The notes under the pieces were generated by a model. That model did no database searches, had not been told where the DNA came from, and was given only the letters and a program-made list of their open reading frames with translations. A stretch of DNA of 64,000 bases from NCBI GenBank assembly GCA_016713565.1, contig JADJOX010000002.1, forward strand, positions 2,845 to 66,844, read 5' to 3'. This stretch comes from Ignavibacteriota bacterium. Its GTDB lineage: Bacteria > Bacteroidota > Ignavibacteria > Ignavibacteriales > Melioribacteraceae. Below, in pieces: positions 41,308 through 52,007 of the stretch. The translations under genes were made by a program, and so were the position numbers. Positions within the stretch are counted from its first letter, which is position 1. Each line of letters opens with the position of its first letter.

Positions 41308-44300
41308 ATGAAAATCAATATTTTAATTATTATAATCAATTGCTTAGTAATTATTTCGGCCATCAACGCTCAATCAATATCAATAAATAGTTTTGATAGT
41401 TTCGAAAACATCAAGTTAATTAAATCCGATAACGTGGAAATTGATCTAAGCGGCATTGACGGAATCAAAAACAAGGCGTTGAATATTAATTATAAATTTG
41501 TAAAAGGCACCGGTTATGCGGGCATTCAATTTGATCGTGAAATTGATTTATCCGATGATTTCGAGTTTACGTTTTATATTAAAGCTAATTCGCCAAATAA
41601 TAATTTTGAAATCAAATTCTTGGATCAGAAAGGAGAAAATGTTTGGTGGGTTAATAATGTGAATTACGAATTTCCGAAAGATTGGAAAAAAGTTAGAATT
41701 AAAAGGAGACAAATAAATTTTGCTTGGGGCCCTGCGTATGACAAAACACTAAGAAAAATTTCAAAAATAGAATTTACTATCGCGTCTTTTAACGGCGGCT
41801 CAGGCAGTGTGCAAATTGATGATCTGCAATATAAAAAGCTGTCAAAAATAGATATAACTAAACTAAAGACAAATATAATTGCTTCCGCGAATTCAAATCT
41901 GCTAAAAAATATTAAAGATAATAATTTAGAAACATACTGGACCAGTAAGAAAAAAAATAATACTTTGATTTATAATTTCGGCTACTCTAAAGAAATTGGC
42001 GGAATTACATTCGATTGGTTTAAAAATAATTTTGCAAAGATTATTACTATTTCTATTTCCGATGATAATTCACATTGGGATAAAATACTTAAAGTTAACA
42101 AAGCGACAAATTACAAATCATTTCTAAAATTTGATGATATTGAAGCGCAATATCTGAAATTGGACTTTTCGGAAAATAAAAAAGACGAATTATCAATATC
42201 TGAAATTAAAATACAGGACGCGGATTGGTCGGCGGACATTAACAAATTTTTTATAAATATAGCTAAAGAATATCCTCGCGGTTATTTCCCAAAATACTTA
42301 AATGCCGAATCAAGCTTTTGGACTATAACCGGAGTAAACGAAGATGTTAAAGAAACACTTATCAATGAAGAGGGAATGATAGAAAGCGATAAACAAGGTT
42401 TTTCTATTGAGCCTTTCATTTTCAGTAATGGTAAGTTATATACATGGAGCGACGCGTCAATTTCACAGCATTTAATGAATGATTATCTTCCAATTCCCAG
42501 CGTTAAATGGACACTTCCCAAAATGGAAATGAATATAGAAACATTTACTTCCGGCGCTCCAAATCAAAGTTCTGCTATTTTCACTAAGTATACTTTGAAA
42601 AATATTTCACAAGAGGAAATAGATGGAAATTTGTATTTGGCAATTCGACCATTTCAAGTAAATCCATATTATCAATTTCTTAACGGCAATGGCGGAGCCG
42701 CAAAAGTAAAAACAATAAATTACGATAAGGAAAAAAAACAAGTTAATGTTAATGATATAAAAAAAATTATTTCACTTTCTGAAATTGATTCTGCAGGATT
42801 TACAACATTTTACGACGGCGATATTATAAATTACATAAGCAATAATATTTTACCGGCTAATAAAAATATTGTTGACGAATTTTATTTCGGCTCTGGAGCA
42901 TTAAAATATCAATATAAAATATCTCCAAATGAAGAGAAAGAAATAGTAATACTTCTTCCTATGTATGAGAATATAGATTTTAATTTAAAAGAAGAAAATG
43001 TTTATGAAACTAAATTAATGGATGCCGTAAATTTTTGGAATAGTAAAGTAAATAATATTGAATTTAGTTTGCCTGAATCGGCAGATAAACTTATAAATGT
43101 TCTTAAATCAAACATAGCATATATTTTAATTAACAGAGATAAATTCGGCATTCAACCCGGCTCAAGGTCTTACGATCGATCTTGGATTAGAGACGGATCT
43201 TTAACTTCTTCGGCATTGCTTAAAATGGGATTGAAAAATGAAGTTAAAGAATTTGCGAACTGGTATTCCAATTATATTTTTGAAAATGGGAAAGTGCCGT
43301 GCGTTGTTGATAAAAGAGGTCCCGATTCAGTTCCTGAAAATGACAGTCACGGAGAATATATTTATTTAATTAAGGAATATTTTAATTTCACAAAAGACAC
43401 AACTTTCTTGAGTGATCATTTTGAAAAAATAAAATTAGTAATGAGTTATATAAAGTATTTAACCGATCAAAGATCTACTGAAGAATATAAAAGTAATGAT
43501 AGTTTAAAAATGTTTTACGGATTAGTTCCTGAATCAATTAGTCATGAAGGATATTCGGCAAAACCCATGCATTCTTATTGGGATGATTTTTTTATACTTA
43601 AAGGTATGAAAGACGCTATCAGCATTGCCGAAATACTAAACAAAACCGAAGTTAGTGAATTTATTAAACAGAAAAATGAATTTGAAAAAAACCTTTATTC
43701 ATCGATTGATTTGACAACTTCAAGGCATAAAATAAATTATATTCCAGGCTGCGCTGAACTAGGTGATTTTGACGCTACTTCAACAACTATTGCTTTAACT
43801 CCGTGTAATGAAATTAAAAATTTACGTAATGATCTGTTAACAAATACATTCGACAAATATTATGATTTCTTCAAAAATAGAATGAATGAAAATTCTGAAT
43901 GGTTAAACTACACACCTTATGAGGTAAGAACAATTGGATCGTTTGTTCTACTCGATAAACCGGAAATTGCACATACAATTATTGACTATTTTTTACAGTA
44001 TCAAAAACCCGAAAATTGGAACCATTGGGCGGAAATTGTTTGGCATAATTCAAAATCACCCAATTTTATTGGAGATATGCCGCATACATGGGTCGGTTCT
44101 GATTTTATAAACTCAATTAGAAATTTATTCGTTTATGAAGATGAGCTAAATAATTCTTTAATAATTGCGCCAGCATTGTATGATGAATGGATTGACAATC
44201 CAAATGGAATGAGTGTTAAAAATCTTCCAACTTATTATGGAAAAATTTCATACTCAATCAAAAATGATGATGAGAAATGTACTTACGAAATATATGGTGA

Positions 44301-44457
44301 TTTAAAGACACCGGAAAATATGAAATATATTCTTAGGTTTTCAAAAGATATTTTTAAGATAAAGAAGATTTTAATTAATAATGTTAAGTATGAAAATTTC
44401 TTATCGGACGAAATAATGTTTAAATCAATTCCGGCGAAAATTGAAATCTATTTTTAA
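41308..44457 (+). CDS. Large secreted protein with an N-terminal CBM-like beta-sandwich, a discoidin (F5/8 type C) domain and a C-terminal (alpha/alpha)6 GH15-like region; function unknown
   Basis: Intact 1049-aa ORF with a signal peptide. Discoidin pattern ...NNLETYWTSKK...ISISDDNSHWDKI...YLKLDF...ISEIKI. GH15-like SRSYDRSWIRDGSLTSSALLKMG, then ESISHEGYSAKPMHSYWDDFFILKG. Confidence 0.5.
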   Translation: MKINILIIIINCLVIISAINAQSISINSFDSFENIKLIKSDNVEIDLSGIDGIKNKALNINYKFVKGTGYAGIQFDREIDLSDDFEFTFYIKANSPNNNFEIKFLDQKGENVWWVNNVNYEFPKDWKKVRIKRRQINFAWGPAYDKTLRKISKIEFTIASFNGGSGSVQIDDLQYKKLSKIDITKLKTNIIASANSNLLKNIKDNNLETYWTSKKKNNTLIYNFGYSKEIGGITFDWFKNNFAKIITISISDDNSHWDKILKVNKATNYKSFLKFDDIEAQYLKLDFSENKKDELSISEIKIQDADWSADINKFFINIAKEYPRGYFPKYLNAESSFWTITGVNEDVKETLINEEGMIESDKQGFSIEPFIFSNGKLYTWSDASISQHLMNDYLPIPSVKWTLPKMEMNIETFTSGAPNQSSAIFTKYTLKNISQEEIDGNLYLAIRPFQVNPYYQFLNGNGGAAKVKTINYDKEKKQVNVNDIKKIISLSEIDSAGFTTFYDGDIINYISNNILPANKNIVDEFYFGSGALKYQYKISPNEEKEIVILLPMYENIDFNLKEENVYETKLMDAVNFWNSKVNNIEFSLPESADKLINVLKSNIAYILINRDKFGIQPGSRSYDRSWIRDGSLTSSALLKMGLKNEVKEFANWYSNYIFENGKVPCVVDKRGPDSVPENDSHGEYIYLIKEYFNFTKDTTFLSDHFEKIKLVMSYIKYLTDQRSTEEYKSNDSLKMFYGLVPESISHEGYSAKPMHSYWDDFFILKGMKDAISIAEILNKTEVSEFIKQKNEFEKNLYSSIDLTTSRHKINYIPGCAELGDFDATSTTIALTPCNEIKNLRNDLLTNTFDKYYDFFKNRMNENSEWLNYTPYEVRTIGSFVLLDKPEIAHTIIDYFLQYQKPENWNHWAEIVWHNSKSPNFIGDMPHTWVGSDFINSIRNLFVYEDELNNSLIIAPALYDEWIDNPNGMSVKNLPTYYGKISYSIKNDDEKCTYEIYGDLKTPENMKYILRFSKDIFKIKKILINNVKYENFLSDEIMFKSIPAKIEIYF

Positions 44458-44487
44458 TAAAATTGTTATGAAATTAATGAGCAAAAA

Positions 44488-45618
44488 ATGAATATTAAAA
44501 AATGTAACCAACTGTTCCTTAATTTGATTTTTATTTCATCTTTATTCTTTGGGTGCGGAACTGTAAATAATGTTTCTGATAATTATTCTAAAAAGCAGTA
44601 TGAAAGAACATTTGAAAAAGAATTATCAAAAACAATTCATTTAAACTACCTGCTATATTTGCCTAAAGATAATTTAGAAAATGAAAAATTGCCATTAATG
44701 GTTTTTCTGCATGGAAGCGGTGAAAGAGGCGATGATCTTGAAAAGCTTAAAGTAAATGGACCGCCGATGCTTATTGAAAAAGGAGAAAATTTCCCGTTTA
44801 TTATTGTTTCGCCTCAATGTCCGTTGAACACAAGATGGACGGACAAATGGTTCCCTGAGGCGGTTATGGGATTAATTGACGAAATTTCCGCGACCTACAA
44901 TGTCGATCAGGACAGAATTTACTTGACCGGATTAAGTATGGGCGGTTTCGGAACTTGGGAAATAGCTTCGCAAAATCCGGATAAATTTGCGGCAATTGTT
45001 CCTGTCTGCGGCGGAGGAGATCCGGAAAATGCCAGGGATTTAAGGCTGCTGCCCATTTGGGTATTCCACGGCGCCAAAGACGATGTTGTTCCTCCCATGC
45101 TTTCGCAGCAGATGGTTGACGCTTTAAAACTTTATCATTCCGATGTAAAATTTACTTTATATCCCGAAGCGAATCATAATTCTTGGGATGAAACTTATAG
45201 CAATAAAGATTTATATTCTTGGCTGCTTTCTCATAAACGAAATGACAGGAAATTAATAACAATTAAAAGAGAGAATATTTCAGCTTCTTCCGGATATCCG
45301 TTTTACGCTGTTGACCATGACCAACAAACAAGATGGGAAAGTAAATGGGAAGATCCGCAATGGATTGAAATTAAATTAGACAGTAAAGCAAAACTAAAGA
45401 AAATCTCATTGCTATGGGAAAATGCGTATTCAAAAAATTATACTGTTTCAATTTCCGACGACGGAAAAAGGTGGGAAGAAATATTTGAAGAAAAAAACGG
45501 GGATGGATTTTTAGATTTGATCGAGATGCCCGAAATTGAAATTCAGTATGTTAGATTCAACTTTAAAGAACGAGCAACGCAATGGGGAAATTCAATTTGG
45601 GAAATTGAGGTTGAATAA
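44488..45618 (+). CDS. Lipoprotein alpha/beta-hydrolase esterase fused to a C-terminal discoidin (F5/8 type C) domain
   Basis: Lipobox [18 protein letters not shown], the nucleophile elbow [19 protein letters not shown] and EANHNSW (Ser-Asp-His order). The C-terminus has [25 protein letters not shown]...NSIWEIEV. Confidence 0.7.
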   Translation: MNIKKCNQLFLNLIFISSLFFGCGTVNNVSDNYSKKQYERTFEKELSKTIHLNYLLYLPKDNLENEKLPLMVFLHGSGERGDDLEKLKVNGPPMLIEKGENFPFIIVSPQCPLNTRWTDKWFPEAVMGLIDEISATYNVDQDRIYLTGLSMGGFGTWEIASQNPDKFAAIVPVCGGGDPENARDLRLLPIWVFHGAKDDVVPPMLSQQMVDALKLYHSDVKFTLYPEANHNSWDETYSNKDLYSWLLSHKRNDRKLITIKRENISASSGYPFYAVDHDQQTRWESKWEDPQWIEIKLDSKAKLKKISLLWENAYSKNYTVSISDDGKRWEEIFEEKNGDGFLDLIEMPEIEIQYVRFNFKERATQWGNSIWEIEVE

Positions 45619-45653
45619 AAATTACTAAATTCAATAAAAACACAAATAATTAT

Positions 45654-46756
45654 ATGGCAAATTTATCTATTAAAAATTTATTCAAATCTTACGATCAGAA
45701 AAACTACGCTGTTAACAATGTAAACATCGAAATTGCAAATGGCGAATTTGTCGTTTTGGTGGGTCCATCTGGATGCGGAAAATCAACCATTTTAAGAATG
45801 ATTGCGGGATTGGAAGATATTACAAAAGGTGAGATTTTTATTGATTCAAGACTTGTAAACAACGTATCGCCTAAGGATAGAGATATTGCAATGGTTTTTC
45901 AAAATTACGCGCTATATCCTCATATGAGTGTTTTTGAAAATATTTCATTTGGACTTAAACTAAGAAAATTCAGTAAGGAAGAAATAAATAAAAGGGTTAA
46001 CGACGCAAGTGAAATTTTGGGATTAACGGATCTGCTTGATAGAAAGCCAAAGCAATTATCCGGTGGTCAACGTCAAAGAGTTGCCCTTGGTAGAGCTATT
46101 GTTCGTAATCCAAAAGTATTTTTATTTGATGAACCGCTCAGTAATCTTGATGCCAAATTAAGAGTACAAATGAGGACTGAGATTTCAAAACTTCATAAAA
46201 AGTTAGGCACAACGATGATTTACGTAACTCATGATCAAACAGAAGCAATGACAATGGGTGACAAAATAGTGATTTTAAATAATGGGGAAGTACAGCAAAT
46301 TGATACTCCAATGAATTTATACACAAAACCAAAAAATAAATTTGTTGCGGGTTTTATTGGAAGTCCGGCGATGAATTTTTAGATGGAAAAATTGAAAAGG
46401 AAAATTCATTTTATTTTATTTCACAAAACAAAGAAATTAAATTTGATCTGACCAAGAAACAATCTGAGTACTTGGAAAAATACGTAGATCAAAATATAGT
46501 TATTGGAATCAGGCCTGAAGATTTTCATGTAATCGAAAATAAAGATGAAAATTACATTTCGGTGTTTTCAAAAATTGACCTTTTTGAACCGCTTGGAAAT
46601 GAAACTTATATTTATTTTTATATTGAGGGAAAACAAAATATTGCAAGAATTACGTCTTCAAATGATTTAAAGATCGGTTCCGAAATTGAATTTAAATTGG
46701 ATAAAAGTAAAATACATTTTTTCGACTCTGAAAATAATTCAGTTTTATTAAAATAA
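45654..46756 (+). pseudogene. ABC sugar transporter ATPase (MalK/UgpC/MsmX type), one frameshift near 46375
   Basis: Walker [11 protein letters not shown]-loop, signature LSGGQRQR, Walker [10 protein letters not shown] and H-loop YVTHDQ. The C-terminal regulatory domain (IGIRPEDF...) continues in another frame after SPAMNF at a T-run. Confidence 0.85.
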
Positions 46757-46770
46757 AAATTGAGAATTTT

Positions 46771-47917
46771 ATGAAGAATATTTTAATTTACATTTTACTT
46801 ACCGTATCATTTCAAAATTTTATGAAAGCACAGAATAACACACCAAATCCTAATGATACTTTAAGATCAATATTGGTTAATGACAATTCTTATGTTACAA
46901 TCAGCATCTATGCTCCCGAAGCAAAAAATGTTTCAATCGGGGGTGGAGATATTCCCGGAATTTATGAAAATGGAAAAATGAAAAGAAAAGAAAATGGTGT
47001 TTGGTCTTTAAATGTCGGACCAATTGCTCCGGGAGCATATAGATATAATTTTAATATTGACGGAGTAGTAGTAACGGACCCCAAAAATACCGAAACCAGC
47101 GAATCCAATATGAATATGTGGAGTTTGTTTTATGTAAGAGGTAAAGATTTTATGGATTGTAAAGATGTTCCGCATGGCGCGATTTCTGAAGTTAATTATT
47201 ATTCTATTACGCTGAATAAAAACCGAAGAATGCACATTTATACGCCGCCGGGATATGAAATTAGTAACATGGATTTTCCCGTTTTTTATCTTCTGCACGG
47301 AGCTTTTGATTGCGATGATTCTTGGACCACAGTTGGAAGAGCAGGTTTTATTATTGATAATTTAATTTTCGAAGGAAAGGTAAAACCTATGGTAATTGTT
47401 ATGCCGGCAGGACATACAAAACCTTTTCAATTTGGCGGAGCTGTACCCGAAAAAGATGAGTTTATTGAAGATTTCCTGAATGAAATAAAGCCGTATATTG
47501 AAAAAAATTTATAGAGTTATCAAAAACAGTCATAATACTGCAATTGCGGGGTTATCAATGGGCGGAGGTCATACATTAAATATCGCAATTCCAAATTTAG
47601 GCGATTATGGTTTTATTGGCGTTTTTAGCTCAGGTATTTTTGGGATTAACGGAGGAGATTCGTTTTTACCAAATATGGGTAACCAGTGGGAAAACAATAA
47701 CTTAAAGGTTTTAGATAATGCTAAACTTAAAGATAAAATTAAATTGATTTGGTTTGCGACCGGCAAAGACGACTTTCTTTTAGAAACTTCGCGTACAACT
47801 GTTAAAACACTTAGAAAACATAACTTTAATGTAATTTATAATGAAACCGAAGGCGGACATACTTGGACCAACTGGCGAGATTATTTATTCCAATTTTCTC
47901 AATTATTATTCAAGTAG
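46771..47917 (+). pseudogene. Secreted esterase of the 'putative esterase'/CE1-like family with N-terminal Ig-like module, one frameshift in an A7 run near 47503
   Basis: Signal peptide. GVWSLNVGPIAPGAYRYNFNIDG (E-set/CBM48-like), FPVFYLLHGAFDCDDSW, then (shift) NTAIAGLSMGG and GGHTWTNW. Confidence 0.7.
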
Positions 47918-48243
47918 AAGAGGCAATAACTTTTAGCTGAAATTATATAACTAATTGTAAAAAAATGATTTACATGTGATTGTTTAAAATCATTTATGAA
48001 TTTAAGATTAGAATTTTGTCGTAAAATTTCTAAAAAATACACAATTTATTTTTATACATTATTCATAATATTTCTTCAATTTTAGCAATTCCTATCAGAT
48101 TTTAAAATTTCCAAATTGTTTATGAAGGTAAAATTTTATATTTTAACTGGACTAAAAGGTCTTTATTATCTAAAAATAATGTTCACTTTAGCTCAAAAAT
48201 TAATAACAAATCAAACTATTATTCACTCAAAAAAGGTGAATTT

Positions 48244-49032
48244 ATGAAAAAATATTTATATCTACTTTTAACGCCTGAAGCGCTTATTGGTTCAATGCTC
48301 CCGCCTGATGAATTTGGTAATTACCTTGCAGTTGGAACGAAAAAAAGGAGCAGAGGACAGGCGATATTTTTTGAGGTTGACCCTGAATTAATGGACGGTA
48401 AATTCCCAAAAGAACGATGGGAAAATCAATGCGTTCCACATTCTGATGGAACACCTAAACGATCGCTTTATTTGTCAATTCATCGCGTTTTGGAAAACAT
48501 TCCGCTAAAAGCTTTAATGGATTTATACTTAGCTACTGATGACGGCAGAGTTTTAGGATTGAGTAAAAACGATTATAATCCTAATTTAGATACTGACAAA
48601 CTGCATTTATATCAGCAGCTTTGTCCGGTTACGCCAAGAATTGCAAGCAGTTTAAATCCGACAGAATTCATGAAAACTATTACTGATACAACACGGCCCG
48701 TATCAGTACCAAAATTAGTTTTTGTTGAATTACTTCTTAATGATCTTGCGAATGATCCTAAAAACGCGTCAATTGGAAATTTACCATATTCAAATATTGA
48801 CCATTTGAGAGATTGCCTCATAGGATTACAAAAAAATCCGGATAAACCGACAAAAACGGTTATCAGATTTTTCCAAAGTGACCTGCTTTACCGAACATGT
48901 AAAAACGGGTTTTTTGTAGGCAATAAGGATGAAATGTTGTACTATCATTTCCCAAGCTTGGAAGAATTGGAAGATAAACAGCATGCGTGGCTTCGTTCAG
49001 CTTTAACAATTGGTTTCAGAAGTACTATTTAA
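48244..49032 (+). CDS. Hypothetical protein (262 aa), no family recognised
   Basis: Intact ORF with normal amino-acid composition and AAAGGTG 5 nt upstream of the ATG. It ends 36 nt before the pyrophosphatase ATG. Confidence 0.5.
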   Translation: MKKYLYLLLTPEALIGSMLPPDEFGNYLAVGTKKRSRGQAIFFEVDPELMDGKFPKERWENQCVPHSDGTPKRSLYLSIHRVLENIPLKALMDLYLATDDGRVLGLSKNDYNPNLDTDKLHLYQQLCPVTPRIASSLNPTEFMKTITDTTRPVSVPKLVFVELLLNDLANDPKNASIGNLPYSNIDHLRDCLIGLQKNPDKPTKTVIRFFQSDLLYRTCKNGFFVGNKDEMLYYHFPSLEELEDKQHAWLRSALTIGFRSTI

Positions 49033-49068
49033 TTTACTATTAAAATTGATTTTTATTTGGAGATAATT

Positions 49069-51264
49069 ATGCATGATATTCTATTCTGGATTGTGCCTTT
49101 AGGTTCTATAGCAGCATTAATTTTTGCGAGAATATTCTTTAAACAAATGATGAAAGAAGATGAAGGTACGGATAAAATGAAAGAAATTGCACAATATGTT
49201 AGAAGCGGTGCAATGACTTACTTAAAGCAACAATATAAAGTTGTGGGTATTTTCTTTGTAATTATTACAATATTATTTGCAATTTTGGCGTATGGCTTTA
49301 ACTTGCAAAACCCATGGGTTCCTTTTGCGTTTATTACCGGCGGATTCTTTTCCGGGTTAGCCGGTTTTTTTGGAATGAAAACTGCGACCCACGCTGCGGC
49401 AAGGACCGCAAATGCTGCCAGAACTTCACTTAATAAAGGACTTGTAATTGCTTTTAGAAGCGGTGCTGTAATGGGTCTGGTAGTTGTTGGTTTAGGTTTA
49501 TTAGATATTTCAATATGGTTTATTATTTTAAATTATTTTTACCCGATTGTAATTGGAGATGGTCATAGTTTAATTGTTATTACCACTACAATGCTTACAT
49601 TCGGCATGGGTGCGTCAACTCAGGCTTTGTTTGCGAGAGTCGGCGGTGGAATTTATACAAAAGCTGCTGATGTTGGCGCCGATTTAGTTGGTAAAGTTGA
49701 AGCAGGTATACCTGAGGATGATCCAAGAAACCCGGCTACAATTGCAGATAACGTTGGCGATAATGTTGGTGACGTTGCCGGAATGGGCGCTGACCTTTAT
49801 GAATCATATTGCGGCTCAATTTTAGCAACCGCCGCGCTAGGGGCTTCAGCATTTTATAATGATACTGCTTTGCAATATAAGGCAGTAATTGCACCTATGC
49901 TTATTGCTTCAATAGGAATTGTATTATCACTTATAGGTATTTATTTTGTTAAAACAAAAGAAGGAGCTTCTCAAAAAGAATTGTTAAGTTCCTTATCTAA
50001 AGGTATGAACCTTAGTTCGGTGTTGATTGTAATATTTTCATTTATAATACTTAATTTGCTCCAATTAGATAACGCAATTGGAATTTGGGGTTCTATTGTT
50101 GTTGGTTTGGTAACGGGAATTGTAATTGGCAAGGCAACCGAATATTATACTTCTCAATCATATAAACCTACACAATCAATTGCGGAAAATGCAAAAACCG
50201 GACCAGCTACCGTAATAATTTCCGGTTTGGGAGTTGGAATGTTATCAACAGCTATACCTGTACTTTCCGTAGTTGTTGGAATTATACTTTCGTTCTTATT
50301 TGCATCCGGTTTTTCTTTCAGCAATATGGGAATGGGTTTATACGGAATTGGTATTGCTGCAGTTGGAATGCTTTCAACTTTGGGAATAACTCTTGCAACA
50401 GATGCTTATGGTCCAATTGCTGATAATGCAGGCGGAAATGCCGAAATGAGCGGATTAGGAAAAGAAGTAAGACAAAGAACAGATGCACTCGATTCTTTGG
50501 GAAATACCACAGCCGCAACAGGAAAAGGATTTGCAATTGGTTCTGCCGCTCTAACAGCATTAGCCTTACTAGCTTCATATATTGAAGAAATTAAAATAGG
50601 ATTGCACAGAATTGGCGTTGATATGCTTGACCTCGGCAACGGTGTGATTGTTGAAACCGCTAAAGCAACCTTGCAGGATTTTATGATATATTATGAAGTA
50701 AATTTGATGAATCCAAAAGTTTTAATTGGAATTTTTATTGGCTCAATGATGGCATTCGTTTTCTGCGGTTTGGCAATAAATGCTGTTGGAAGAGCCGCTT
50801 CCAAAATGGTTGATGAAGTTAGAAGGCAGTTTAAGGAATTACCGGGAATATTGGAAGGTAAGGCAAATCCTGATTACGCAAAATGTGTTGAAATCTCTAC
50901 AAAGGGCGCTCAAAAAGAAATGTTAGTTCCTTCTTTATTGGCAATTGTTGCACCAATAATAACTGGAATTATTTTTGGTGTTGCAGGTGTTATGGGTTTG
51001 TTGGTCGGTGGTTTAGGTACTGGTTTTGTCCTTGCAGTATTTATGGCAAATGCCGGCGGTGCTTGGGATAATGCTAAAAAATATATTGAAGAAGGCAACA
51101 TGGGCGGAAAAGGTTCTGCCGCTCATAAAGCCACCGTAATTGGTGATACTGTTGGTGATCCTTTTAAAGATACCGCCGGACCAAGTTTGAATATTTTAAT
51201 AAAATTGATGAGCATGGTCGCTATTGTTATGGCCGGATTAACGGTTGCGTTCAGTATTTTTTAA
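49069..51264 (+). CDS. hppA: Membrane-integral ion-translocating pyrophosphatase, K+-dependent sequence type
   Basis: [76 protein letters not shown] (Ala, not Lys, after GNTT) and [18 protein letters not shown] prefer the ATG at 49069 (GGAG upstream) over the TTG at 49057. Confidence 0.95.
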   Translation: MHDILFWIVPLGSIAALIFARIFFKQMMKEDEGTDKMKEIAQYVRSGAMTYLKQQYKVVGIFFVIITILFAILAYGFNLQNPWVPFAFITGGFFSGLAGFFGMKTATHAAARTANAARTSLNKGLVIAFRSGAVMGLVVVGLGLLDISIWFIILNYFYPIVIGDGHSLIVITTTMLTFGMGASTQALFARVGGGIYTKAADVGADLVGKVEAGIPEDDPRNPATIADNVGDNVGDVAGMGADLYESYCGSILATAALGASAFYNDTALQYKAVIAPMLIASIGIVLSLIGIYFVKTKEGASQKELLSSLSKGMNLSSVLIVIFSFIILNLLQLDNAIGIWGSIVVGLVTGIVIGKATEYYTSQSYKPTQSIAENAKTGPATVIISGLGVGMLSTAIPVLSVVVGIILSFLFASGFSFSNMGMGLYGIGIAAVGMLSTLGITLATDAYGPIADNAGGNAEMSGLGKEVRQRTDALDSLGNTTAATGKGFAIGSAALTALALLASYIEEIKIGLHRIGVDMLDLGNGVIVETAKATLQDFMIYYEVNLMNPKVLIGIFIGSMMAFVFCGLAINAVGRAASKMVDEVRRQFKELPGILEGKANPDYAKCVEISTKGAQKEMLVPSLLAIVAPIITGIIFGVAGVMGLLVGGLGTGFVLAVFMANAGGAWDNAKKYIEEGNMGGKGSAAHKATVIGDTVGDPFKDTAGPSLNILIKLMSMVAIVMAGLTVAFSIF

Positions 51265-51286
51265 TATTTTGAGGATTGTTATTATT

Positions 51287-51320
51287 AACCCCAATTTTTT
51301 AATTGGGGTTTTTTATTTTT
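51287..51320 (+). terminator. Rho-independent terminator after the pyrophosphatase gene
   Basis: AACCCCAATT-tttt-AATTGGGGTT (perfect 10-bp stem) followed by ttttattttt. Confidence 0.85.
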
Positions 51321-51347
51321 AAACAAAATAAAATATCTAAACTAATT

Positions 51348-51986
51348 ATGAAATACACAGTCAAAAAAGTAAATGATCTGTTATTAAATGAATTTTTCAA
51401 TAATAATGAATTTGAATGCGATTCACTTAAAGTGAATAATTATTTGTGGAAAGAGAATAATTACAAGCCCGATGTTGAAGTAAAACTTTATTACTCAAAT
51501 GAAAATTTGTTAGTTCATTTTAGAGCTTTTGAAAAATATATTACAGCAAAATACTTAAATATTAATGACCCGGTTTATAAGGATAGCTGCGTGGAGTTTT
51601 TTGTAAATTTATTCCCAAATAAATCGGATGCATATTTCAATTTTGAAATAAACGCTATTGGTACAATTTACGCTGGTTTTGGCAATGTTAAGAACAATAC
51701 TTTTATCGACGTTAAAGATATTGAAACAATTAGAGTATTTTCAACAATAAAAGAACCGGTTGTCGGCGCAATTCAAAACGATAATTGGGAGATAAAATTA
51801 ATTATCCCGATTAAACTATTTGAAAAGTTCTACAATCTTAAATTTATGGCGAATAACGCCAAAGCAAATTTTTATAAATGCGGTGATGAATCACAGTTTG
51901 AACATTACGGATGCTGGAATCCAATAATTTCTTCATTCCCTAATTTCCATCTTCCGGAATATTTTGGTGATCTATTTTTTGAATAA
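51348..51986 (+). CDS. CBM9-like (carbohydrate-binding family 9-like / DOMON-like) protein, no signal peptide
   Basis: MKYTVKKV..., LLVHFRAFE, YKDSCVEFFVN, YFNFEINAIGT, ANFYKCGD and PNFHLPEYFG. The track ORF start at 51303 overlaps the terminator, so the ATG at 51348 is preferred. Confidence 0.6.
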   Translation: MKYTVKKVNDLLLNEFFNNNEFECDSLKVNNYLWKENNYKPDVEVKLYYSNENLLVHFRAFEKYITAKYLNINDPVYKDSCVEFFVNLFPNKSDAYFNFEINAIGTIYAGFGNVKNNTFIDVKDIETIRVFSTIKEPVVGAIQNDNWEIKLIIPIKLFEKFYNLKFMANNAKANFYKCGDESQFEHYGCWNPIISSFPNFHLPEYFGDLFFE

Positions 51987-52007
51987 ATCACCAATTAAAA
52001 ATTAACT

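Noticed and set aside
50318-51101. Minus-strand ORFs 50318-50578, 50406-50639 and 50910-51101.
   Set aside because: They lie entirely antisense within the very well supported pyrophosphatase gene. Their low-complexity, Pro/Leu/Phe-rich translations are typical shadow ORFs.
51303-51347. ORF-track start (51303) for the CBM9-like gene.
   Set aside because: These codons overlap the right arm and U-tract of the strong terminator after hppA. The ATG at 51348 gives a sensible N-terminus (MKYTVKKV...).
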